The position numbers and the translations under genes were made by a program. The notes under the pieces are model-generated. The model saw only the letters and a program-made list of their open reading frames with translations, ran no database searches and was not told where the DNA came from. DNA of 64,000 nucleotides from an uncultured bacterium (GTDB lineage Bacteria; Actinomycetota; Acidimicrobiia; Spongiisociales; UBA5794). Of the stretch, positions 45,068 to 52,030 are shown one piece after another; the stretch's first letter is position 1, and each line of letters begins with the position of its first letter. Location of the stretch: contig CAWDDT010000001.1 of the NCBI GenBank assembly GCA_963801165.1, forward strand, positions 1,917 through 65,916, written 5' to 3'.

Positions 45068-45097
45068 GTGTGATTCATCGTGGTGTGATTCATCGTC
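45068..45097. repeat. 15-bp tandem direct repeat x2 (GTGTGATTCATCGTG / GTGTGATTCATCGTC) upstream of the GH15 gene
   Basis: Read directly from the sequence, 43-72 nt upstream of the preferred GH15 start. Confidence 0.8.
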
Positions 45098-45258
45098 GCG
45101 CTCCAATTCACTCCAGATATCGCAACGATTCTGGGCGGGCTAGATGAGCTTTGCATGAGATCCTGGCACCTCGAAGCGTCGGTCGATGGCGTCGGCGTCG
45201 TAATGGATGGCGAGCGGCGAGAATGGCCGGACAACATCGAGCATACGGAGAAAGGCTC

Positions 45259-46311
45259 ATGAGCGATACGGGAAACGATTCCGGGACAGGTTCACAGTCG
45301 ATGGAGATCGGGATGATCGGTCTGGGAAGGATGGGCTCCAACCTGGCCAGGCGCTTGACCCAGGCGGGCCACCGCTGTGTCGCATACGACGTCAACCCGG
45401 AGGCGGCCGCCGCCCTCGAGGACGCGGGTGTGACGGGTGCGGCCACCGTCGAGAAGCTGGTCGCCGCTTTGAGCGCACCACGGGCGATCTGGGTAATGAT
45501 CCCGGCCGCATACGTGCAGTCCGTCGTCGCCGAGCTATCCGGTCTGCTCGATCCCGGCGACGTCATCATCGACGGCGGCAACAGCAACTACAGGGACGAT
45601 ATCGCCCGTCACCGCAGCCTGCAGCAGGCAGGTATCGGTTTTGTCGACTGTGGCACCAGCGGGGGCGTCTGGGGTTTGGAGCGCGGGTACAGCCTGATGA
45701 TCGGTGGTGACCCCGAGTATGTGCAGCGGCTCGACCCGATATTCAAAGCGATCGCACCCGGGCGCGAGTCGGCACCTGCAACCCCGGGGAGAACCGCCGA
45801 TTCGGGAACTGCCCCCGACGGGTATCACCACTGCGGTCCGGCGGGTGCCGGGCACTTCGTCAAGATGGTCCACAACGGTGTTGAGTACGGGATGATGTCC
45901 GCTATCGCCGAGGGTCTCTCGATCATCAAGGGTGCCGGGATCGGGCTCAAGCAGCAGGCCCACGACGCAGAGACGACACCGCTGCGGGACCCGGATGCGT
46001 ACCGCTACGAGATCGATATCCCCGAAGTGGCCGAGGTATGGCGACGCGGCACCGTGATTTCATCATGGCTCATCGATCTCGTCGCCGACGCCCTGGCAAG
46101 AGACGGCGAGCTCACCGGGTTCGAAGGCCGGGTGTCGGACAGCGGCGAGGGACGGTGGACGGCGATCGCGGCGATCGAGGAAGGTATCCCGGCGCCGGTC
46201 ATCACCACTGCCCTGCAGGAGCGCTTTGCGTCACGGGACGCCGACCTCTTTACGGATCGCGTTCTCTCGGCCATGCGCAGCGAGTTTGGCGGACACGCGG
46301 AGAAATCCTAG
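45259..46311 (+). CDS. gnd: 6-phosphogluconate dehydrogenase (decarboxylating), short Gnd-like form
   Basis: IGMIGLGRMGSNLARRL...IIDGGNSNY...FVDCGTSGGVWG...GAGHFVKMVHNGVEYGMM. ATG 45259 is preceded by GGAGAAAGG. Confidence 0.85.
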   Translation: MSDTGNDSGTGSQSMEIGMIGLGRMGSNLARRLTQAGHRCVAYDVNPEAAAALEDAGVTGAATVEKLVAALSAPRAIWVMIPAAYVQSVVAELSGLLDPGDVIIDGGNSNYRDDIARHRSLQQAGIGFVDCGTSGGVWGLERGYSLMIGGDPEYVQRLDPIFKAIAPGRESAPATPGRTADSGTAPDGYHHCGPAGAGHFVKMVHNGVEYGMMSAIAEGLSIIKGAGIGLKQQAHDAETTPLRDPDAYRYEIDIPEVAEVWRRGTVISSWLIDLVADALARDGELTGFEGRVSDSGEGRWTAIAAIEEGIPAPVITTALQERFASRDADLFTDRVLSAMRSEFGGHAEKS

Positions 46312-46373
46312 GTCTGTCGACATCCCAAATCGGCCACAGGCATCGCAAGCTCGTGGAGGGCGGCAAATCGAGA

Positions 46374-46402
46374 CCGGCCGCGGTGCGCCTATCCGCGGCC
46401 GG
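46374..46402. terminator. Perfect 10-bp GC hairpin (CCGGCCGCGG-N9-CCGCGGCCGG) between convergent gnd and peroxiredoxin genes
   Basis: Read directly from the sequence. It sits between the two stop codons (46311 and 46437). There is no clear U-tract, which is common in high-GC genomes. Confidence 0.45.
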
Positions 46403-46436
46403 AATCGAGGCGTCGGCACGCGCCCGGTTGTAGCTG

Positions 46437-47048
46437 TTAGCCCTTCTCCATGGTCGGGTTCCAAATCTCCCAAACCCTGCCGACCAGGTCGGGGCCGGGG
46501 GTGAGGGTGACGTCGCCGGGTTCCCACCCGGCCGGGGTCGCCCGGGCTCCACCGCTTTCCCTCACCAGCTGAAACGCCTTGATCTGGCGGATGGTCTCCG
46601 CGATGCGCCGCCCGACCGGTGGCGTGAGCACCTCCATAGCCTGGATGACGCCGTCGGGGTCGATGATGAACCGCCCCCGTAGCTCGATACCCTGTTTCTC
46701 GTCCCAGACACCGTACGCCCGGCCGATGTTTCCGGCCTGATCCGAGACCATGGGGAACGGGACTCCGCCGTCGACCATCTTGGTCAGCTCGTTCTCGTTC
46801 CACATCTTGTGGACGAAGTGGCTGTCGACACTCACCGACATGACATCGACACCGAGAGCCTGAAGCTCTGAATACTTGTCGGCGACCGCCGACACTTCAG
46901 TCGCTCAGACGAAGGTGAAGTCACCCGGGTAGAAACACAGCAACACCCATTTGCCGGCGTGATCCGACAAAGAGACCTGGGTGAAGCCGTCGTTGTGATA
47001 GGCAGGCGCGGTGAAGTCGGGCGCCTTCTGCCCAACGGTAGCGGTCAA
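46437..47048 (-). CDS. Peroxiredoxin (Prx1/AhpC-type) with in-frame TGA (46905-46907) at the peroxidatic Cys position: probable selenocysteine-containing peroxiredoxin
   Basis: Track ORFs 46905-47147 and 46437-46895 are in the same frame, separated only by TGA. Together they read ...[15 protein letters not shown]-[TGA][14 protein letters not shown]...[34 protein letters not shown], against the canonical FYPxDFTFVCPTE. The preferred start is TTG 47048, preceded by GGGAGG; ATG 47147 is the alternative. Confidence 0.7.
46878..46893 (-). promoter_or_regulatory. Candidate bacterial SECIS hairpin: GUCGGC-GGUC-GCCGAC, starting 11 nt after the UGA
   Basis: RNA reads UGA GCG ACU GAA GU[GUCGGC GGUC GCCGAC]AAG. 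The stem is 6 bp (7 with the flanking U-A). The apical GGUC loop places G/U at +22/+23 from the U of UGA. Confidence 0.55.
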
Positions 47049-47242
47049 TTTGGCCTCCCTGGGCGATTGGTCGGACGGTTGTGGAGATAGTTCGGGATCT
47101 TCCCCGACAACGCCCGTCACGCGGGCGCAACCGAGTTGATCTGCCATCGCTCCTCTCCCATGCTCGGGCCGACGTGAGTCTAACTCACAGTCGAACGCTG
47201 CTGATTTCTTGGAAGGTCGGGGTCGTCAGAACAGCTCGGTGT

Positions 47243-48280
47243 ATGGTGCAGCCGATGGTCAAGAGAAGTCAGCGTTTGAAGGTGCTCAAGGCGAGGATCG
47301 AGGGGTACACCGGGGCCTTCTACATGTGGCTGGCATTGGCCGCGGCCATATTCGTCATGGTTGAGGCAGGTCTCCGTCTGGCCGGTGAGAAGACCTACCC
47401 GGTCAGTGAGTCTCTGTGGTTGATGGAGGTTGCGGTTGCCGGGTGGGCGATCCAGGCGTACAGAGGTCCATTCTCGAGGCTTCTTGCGGACTTCGTGCAG
47501 CTGACCCGTCTCCACCGATCGAGCGATGCCGGGCCGGGAGACAATGACGCTGATTCGGTTGCGCGATACGTCGCTTGTTCAACCGACGCCGCGTTCTCGT
47601 TGTGGAGCCCGTTGCCGATGGCACTCATCGTCGGGGTGGGACTGGGGTGGGCGGCCACGCTCTGGTCCCTCGGGTCGCCGTTCAACCGGTCGCTAACCGG
47701 ATGGCTGTCGTATCTGTTCTTCATACCGATGGTGGTGACAGGCATGTGGGGCTCCGCATGTGTGGTGCGTGTGCTCCGAGCGTTTCAGGATGCTGCGTCG
47801 CACGGTCTGGACACGTATTTCTCGTCGTCGAAGAATCCGACACTTGTGGCAATGGAGCAGCGATGGTCGTCATATGGCGTGGTCATCGCTCTCGTCTACT
47901 TCCTGGTTCTCGGTGCTCTGTGGCTCGGCCCCTTCGCGCTGAGCATGATGCCTCTCCCGATTTGGCTCTCGGTGCTGGCGACGATCCCGCTGCTCTGGTG
48001 GCTGGCCGGAGGTTTCCAGCTCCACACCTACCTGGCGGAGATCAAGCGGTCCAATCTCGGCAAGGCGGCGGCGAGAGTAACCCAGCTCTCGAACGCATTA
48101 CGCGACGATTCTTCGGGTGATGAGTTGATGAGCCTCAGCATTGCGCTAGACATAGAGGCACGAGTGGACGAGATGGATGAGTGGCCCGCAGGGTTTGACC
48201 TCAGAGGCTTTCTGGTTGCCGCGACACCGATTGCAGCGCAGACCCTCGTCGTCCTCGCCGGGTGGGACATCGTGTCCTGA
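47243..48280 (+). CDS. Hypothetical polytopic membrane protein
   Basis: About 345 aa from the internal ATG 47243, with several hydrophobic segments (FYMWLALAAAIFVMV, LWLMEVAVAGWAI, LPMALIVGVGLGWAATLW, YLFFIPMVVTGMWGSACVV, VVIALVYFLVLGALWLGPF, IWLSVLATIPLLWWLAGGF). No family recognised. Confidence 0.55.
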   Translation: MVQPMVKRSQRLKVLKARIEGYTGAFYMWLALAAAIFVMVEAGLRLAGEKTYPVSESLWLMEVAVAGWAIQAYRGPFSRLLADFVQLTRLHRSSDAGPGDNDADSVARYVACSTDAAFSLWSPLPMALIVGVGLGWAATLWSLGSPFNRSLTGWLSYLFFIPMVVTGMWGSACVVRVLRAFQDAASHGLDTYFSSSKNPTLVAMEQRWSSYGVVIALVYFLVLGALWLGPFALSMMPLPIWLSVLATIPLLWWLAGGFQLHTYLAEIKRSNLGKAAARVTQLSNALRDDSSGDELMSLSIALDIEARVDEMDEWPAGFDLRGFLVAATPIAAQTLVVLAGWDIVS

Positions 48281-48348
48281 CTGCGAGCGCTGTGTCCTGA
48301 CGTGGTGTCCGGCCACGCTGGGACCTAGCACGCCGATACACTTGCTCG

Positions 48349-49212
48349 ATGGATTTCGAGCTGCTCAGCGATATTGTCCAGTTCCGGGATCGGACGCGAA
48401 CACTGCTCGCCGATGAGGCGCGCAACAACCTGATACTGGGGATACTCGGTCACATCATCGAGACGCCGGACGCATACGAGGTCGTTCGGATGATGGTGGT
48501 GACCGACGGCGATGTCGTGACGGCATGTGGGTTGATCACGACGCCACCACAGAATCTGATCCTCGCGGACACCATCTCCGACGAGGCTCTGGCGGTGCTC
48601 GCGGACCGGGTTGCCGGTGCGGAGATCGATGTTCCGCGGGTGATCGGTATAAGACCCACGGTGGACCGGTTTGTGGATTGTTGGCGACTGCGCACCGGTC
48701 AGGATGCCGAGCCGGAGATGGGTCAGGGAGTGTTCGCTTTGCGGGAGGTGACGCCGCCGCCGCCGGTCACGGGGCGCATGCGCCGTGCCGACGTGGGAGA
48801 TTTCGATACCGTGCTGCGATGGTCGAGAGCGTTCGCCGCAGAGGCGCTGCCCGACGACCCGACAGACGACACTCGTTTGCAGCGCTCTGTGCTGCGGCGG
48901 CTCGAGGGCGAGGTTGCTGCCGGGACTCGTCTCTGGGAGGTGGACGGCATACCAGTTTCGATGAGCTCGCACACCGGCCCTACCGGATCGGGGATTCGCG
49001 TGAATGCCGTCTATACGCCGCCCGAGCACCGTCGCAACGGGTACGCGTCTGCGCTCGTTGCGACGCACTCACAGGAGCTTCTCGATAGCGGCTACGCCTT
49101 CTGCTTCCTTTACACGGATTTGGCCAACCCGACGTCCAACAAGATCTACCAGGCCGTCGGGTACGACCACGTGGCCGAGTCCGCCGTGTTCCGGTTCAAT
49201 CGAGCCACTTGA
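48349..49212 (+). CDS. GNAT-family N-acetyltransferase (two-domain)
   Basis: C-terminal VNAVYTPPEHRRNGYASALVATHSQELLDSGYAFCFLYTDLANPTSNKIYQAVGY is a classic GNAT motif A/B. Confidence 0.75.
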   Translation: MDFELLSDIVQFRDRTRTLLADEARNNLILGILGHIIETPDAYEVVRMMVVTDGDVVTACGLITTPPQNLILADTISDEALAVLADRVAGAEIDVPRVIGIRPTVDRFVDCWRLRTGQDAEPEMGQGVFALREVTPPPPVTGRMRRADVGDFDTVLRWSRAFAAEALPDDPTDDTRLQRSVLRRLEGEVAAGTRLWEVDGIPVSMSSHTGPTGSGIRVNAVYTPPEHRRNGYASALVATHSQELLDSGYAFCFLYTDLANPTSNKIYQAVGYDHVAESAVFRFNRAT

Positions 49213-50098
49213 TCCATACGTTGCGCTGGAACATTCTCCTGAAGCCGATCGCCAGGTAGAAAGGGTGGTCCGACCCCACCCACGCCACCCCGGCGCCCGC
49301 TGCCTGTACCCGACGCAACGACTCGAATACACACCCCCGCGCCAGACCGAGCTTGCGGTAGTCGGGGTCGGTGGCGACCGGCTCTATGTAGGCGAAGCCG
49401 TTCTCGGGGACGTGCCAGATACCTGCATATGACGCGTATGAATCGTCCGGGGCGACGGCAACGATCGTGTGCTCGGGTCGAAAGTTGGGGGCGGACTGTG
49501 CTATCGGAGGCCGGTTGAGGTCCTCGTCGGGGATATCGCCCTCGTGGTCGAAGCCACGCCACATGCACATGTTGATCTTGCGGTTGTCGTTCTCGTCGGC
49601 GAGGCTCTGGATGCGGAATCCCGGAGGCACGGGCGTCTCCGGGATCGGTCTCGTCAGGTCGTAACTCGAGTATCCGTTGTGGTATTCGGCATGCCGCTCG
49701 TAACCGAACGACGTGGCAAGTTGCTCCAGTTCGGTGTCGTACTCGCTGATGAACAAGCCGATGATTCGTCGCCCCAGCATGATCGATGGACCACCAAAGT
49801 GCTTGTCGGCGTGGACGAGCATTTCGGGGAGGATGTAGTCGTAGCCGGGGGCCCGCTGGAAATGCACGAATGTCGTGCCATCTTCGGGATGCGCCAGACC
49901 GACGATCCTGCCGCCATCTTCGAAAACGAGAATGAGGTCGAGTGGCACCCTCTCGATGTAGGGGTGGTGGTGCATGTACTCCCAGCGTGGTTGCATCCAG
50001 TTGAGGAGTCGGTCGCCGGGCCGGTAGACGTCGATGAAGAACCGGCTGACGGCTTCGTAGTCGCGGTCCCCGTCGTAGGGGCGCGCAATGGCGGTCAT
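49196..50098 (-). CDS. GNAT-family N-acetyltransferase
   Basis: IEPVATDPDYRKLGLARGCVFESLRRVQAAGAGVAWVGS (motif A). Start at the internal ATG 50098. Its 3' end overlaps the convergent GNAT gene by 17 nt. Confidence 0.7.
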   Translation of the reverse strand: MTAIARPYDGDRDYEAVSRFFIDVYRPGDRLLNWMQPRWEYMHHHPYIERVPLDLILVFEDGGRIVGLAHPEDGTTFVHFQRAPGYDYILPEMLVHADKHFGGPSIMLGRRIIGLFISEYDTELEQLATSFGYERHAEYHNGYSSYDLTRPIPETPVPPGFRIQSLADENDNRKINMCMWRGFDHEGDIPDEDLNRPPIAQSAPNFRPEHTIVAVAPDDSYASYAGIWHVPENGFAYIEPVATDPDYRKLGLARGCVFESLRRVQAAGAGVAWVGSDHPFYLAIGFRRMFQRNVWIKWLD

Positions 50099-50183
50099 GG
50101 GTGCTCCGAGGTTATTCCACATTCTCTCGCGACCCGCGGGCTATTCACTCGCGACCCGGGTTGTCGATCGGGCGCGTGGTGAA

Positions 50184-50522
50184 TCAGGCCTCCCCCTGCA
50201 GCTTCCGGATGAGGTCGTCGACAACGGCGTTGCCGACAGTCTCGCCATAGCGCTCGTCGAGAATGGTGCGCATCTTGGCGATGACCTCGTCGCGCTCCTG
50301 ACTGTCGGTGCGGGTCGAGGCATCGATCACCTCCGCCCCGTCGATCCAGGGTTTGGCATCCGACGACCACGGCATCAAGATGAGCCACGACCAGATGGTC
50401 TTCGAGTTACCGACGCCCGTTTTGCGTACCAGTCCTACGCACGAATACGGCAGGGATACCCATCCCATGCGGTTGAGACCATCACGCCCGTCTGGCATCC
50501 CGGCTGCGTCTCGTTCCGACAT
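50184..50522 (-). CDS. Hypothetical small protein (start uncertain: ATG at 50522, 50534 or 50549)
   Basis: The open frame encodes MSERDAAGMPDGRDGLNRMGWVSLPYSCVGLVRKTGVGNSKTIWSWLILMPW...ERDEVIAKMRTILDERYGETVGNAVVDDLIRKLQGEA. No family recognised. Confidence 0.45.
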   Translation of the reverse strand: MSERDAAGMPDGRDGLNRMGWVSLPYSCVGLVRKTGVGNSKTIWSWLILMPWSSDAKPWIDGAEVIDASTRTDSQERDEVIAKMRTILDERYGETVGNAVVDDLIRKLQGEA

Positions 50523-50530
50523 CTCACTCC

Positions 50531-50560
50531 TCATATCTTTGCCGGTCATATCTTTGCCGG
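50531..50560. repeat. Perfect 15-bp tandem duplication TCATATCTTTGCCGG x2 in the divergent region upstream of otsA
   Basis: Read directly from the sequence, 63-92 nt upstream of the otsA GTG. Each copy carries an in-frame ATG for the opposite-strand small ORF. Confidence 0.85.
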
Positions 50561-50622
50561 CACCATACCGCGGCAACCGGCGTCGGCTAACCGCAATGCG
50601 TTAGGCTCACCCAAGGAGATGT

Positions 50623-51996
50623 GTGGTGACCCGGCGAATAGTTGTAGTTGCGAACAGGCTTCCCGTCTCGTGGGACGGGAAAGGATGGGTGACCAGTCCC
50701 GGCGGACTGGTACGCGCCCTGGAACCGGTCCTGCGAAGGGCCAACGGATCATGGGTGGGGTGGTCGGGTAACACGGGCGAGCCACCCGAGCCGTTTGAGC
50801 ACGACGGTATCAGCCAGCGCCCGGTTTCTCTCTCCGAAGAGGAGTTGGAGAGCTTCTACTACGGCTTCTGCAACAGCGCTTTGTGGCCCCTGTATCACGA
50901 TGCCGTTGTGTCGCCGCAATTTCATCGCCATCACTGGCGGCCTTATCGCCGGGTCAACGAGCGGTACGCCCGGGTGGCGGCCGAGACGCTCCATCAGGGA
51001 GACATCGCCTGGATCCAGGATTACCAGCTGCAGCTCGTTCCGGGAATGCTGCGCACCATCCGCAGCGACGTCACGATTGGCTTCTATCTCCACATTCCGT
51101 TCCCCCCGATCGAGCTGTTCTCGCGGCTGCCTTGGCGAGAGGAAGTCATCGCAGGAATGTTGGGTTCAGACGTACTGGCGTTCCAAACGAGCGCCAGTGT
51201 GCAGAACTTCGCCCGCGCCGCCCGCAAATTTGGCAAGGCCGAGTCCGTGGGCAGGCGAGAGCTGGAGTGGAACGGGCGGGTGATAAAGCTGCAACGAGCG
51301 CCCATCGCAATCGACACCGACCAGTTCGAGCGGCTGGCCCGCTCCGAGGCCGTCCAGGAACGCGCCGCCGAGCTGAGGCGCGAGCTCGGCGATGTCGAAC
51401 ACGTGATCCTCGGCGTAGACCGGCTCGACTACACCAAGGGGATCGATCTTCGGCTGAAATCGTTTGCGGGCTTGCTCGACCAAAGCCGCGAGCATCCCCG
51501 CCGCTTTGCCTATGTCCAGGTGGCGGTGCCGAGCCGGGAAAGCGTGCCCGCATACCAGGATCTACGCTCCGAGATCGAGCAGCTCGTCGGGCATATCAAC
51601 GGCACCTACGGTGAGGCCGGCTGGGCGCCCGTGTCTTACCTATATCGCAGCCTGGCCATCGAAGAGCTGGTTGCGTACTACGTCACTGCCGATGTGATGT
51701 TGGTGACGCCGCTGCGGGACGGCATGAACCTCGTGGCCAAAGAGTATGTCGCCTGCCGGCGCGGGAACCCCGGCGTGCTTGTGCTCAGCGAGTTTGCCGG
51801 CGCCGCCGAGCAGCTGCGGTCCGCGGTGATCGTCAACCCGTACGACGTCGATGGTGTCACCGACGCGATGCGCCGGGCGACCGGGATGAACTACGGCGAA
51901 GCCAGGATCCGTATGCAGCGATTGCGGCGGACGGTGCAGCGAGAGGACGTATTCAAGTGGGCGAGCGACTGTCTCGCCGAGCTCGAGGCGTTCTGA
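50623..51996 (+). CDS. otsA: Alpha,alpha-trehalose-phosphate synthase (GT20)
   Basis: [10 protein letters not shown]...GGLV.AL...WVGW...[15 protein letters not shown]...[11 protein letters not shown]...FYLHIPFPP...[12 protein letters not shown]...[14 protein letters not shown]...[14 protein letters not shown] lies upstream of the GTG start. Confidence 0.9.
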   Translation: MVTRRIVVVANRLPVSWDGKGWVTSPGGLVRALEPVLRRANGSWVGWSGNTGEPPEPFEHDGISQRPVSLSEEELESFYYGFCNSALWPLYHDAVVSPQFHRHHWRPYRRVNERYARVAAETLHQGDIAWIQDYQLQLVPGMLRTIRSDVTIGFYLHIPFPPIELFSRLPWREEVIAGMLGSDVLAFQTSASVQNFARAARKFGKAESVGRRELEWNGRVIKLQRAPIAIDTDQFERLARSEAVQERAAELRRELGDVEHVILGVDRLDYTKGIDLRLKSFAGLLDQSREHPRRFAYVQVAVPSRESVPAYQDLRSEIEQLVGHINGTYGEAGWAPVSYLYRSLAIEELVAYYVTADVMLVTPLRDGMNLVAKEYVACRRGNPGVLVLSEFAGAAEQLRSAVIVNPYDVDGVTDAMRRATGMNYGEARIRMQRLRRTVQREDVFKWASDCLAELEAF

Positions 51997-52030
51997 GCCC
52001 TACCGGGCGCCGGCACCCCGGTGACGGCAG

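Noticed and set aside
45026-45106. 27-codon acidic/His-rich N-terminal extension of GH15 (MERDDESHHDESHDK...)
   Set aside because: ATG 45025 has a strong GGGAGGGG Shine-Dalgarno. The extension consists largely of the 15-bp tandem repeat, so it is more likely 5'-UTR or promoter.
46905-46907. Reading the in-frame TGA of the peroxiredoxin as a nonsense mutation (pseudogene) or as two separate genes
   Set aside because: The stop replaces exactly the catalytic Cys codon. The frame is intact and family-conserved on both sides. A hairpin with a GGUC loop sits at SECIS distance. The pseudogene reading is not fully excluded until sel genes and reads are checked.
47049-47147. 33-codon N-terminal extension of the peroxiredoxin from ATG 47147
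   Set aside because: The extension ([33 protein letters not shown]) has weaker third-position GC and no counterpart in Prx proteins. TTG 47048 with GGGAGG gives a canonical N-terminus ([11 protein letters not shown]). Kept only as an alternative start.
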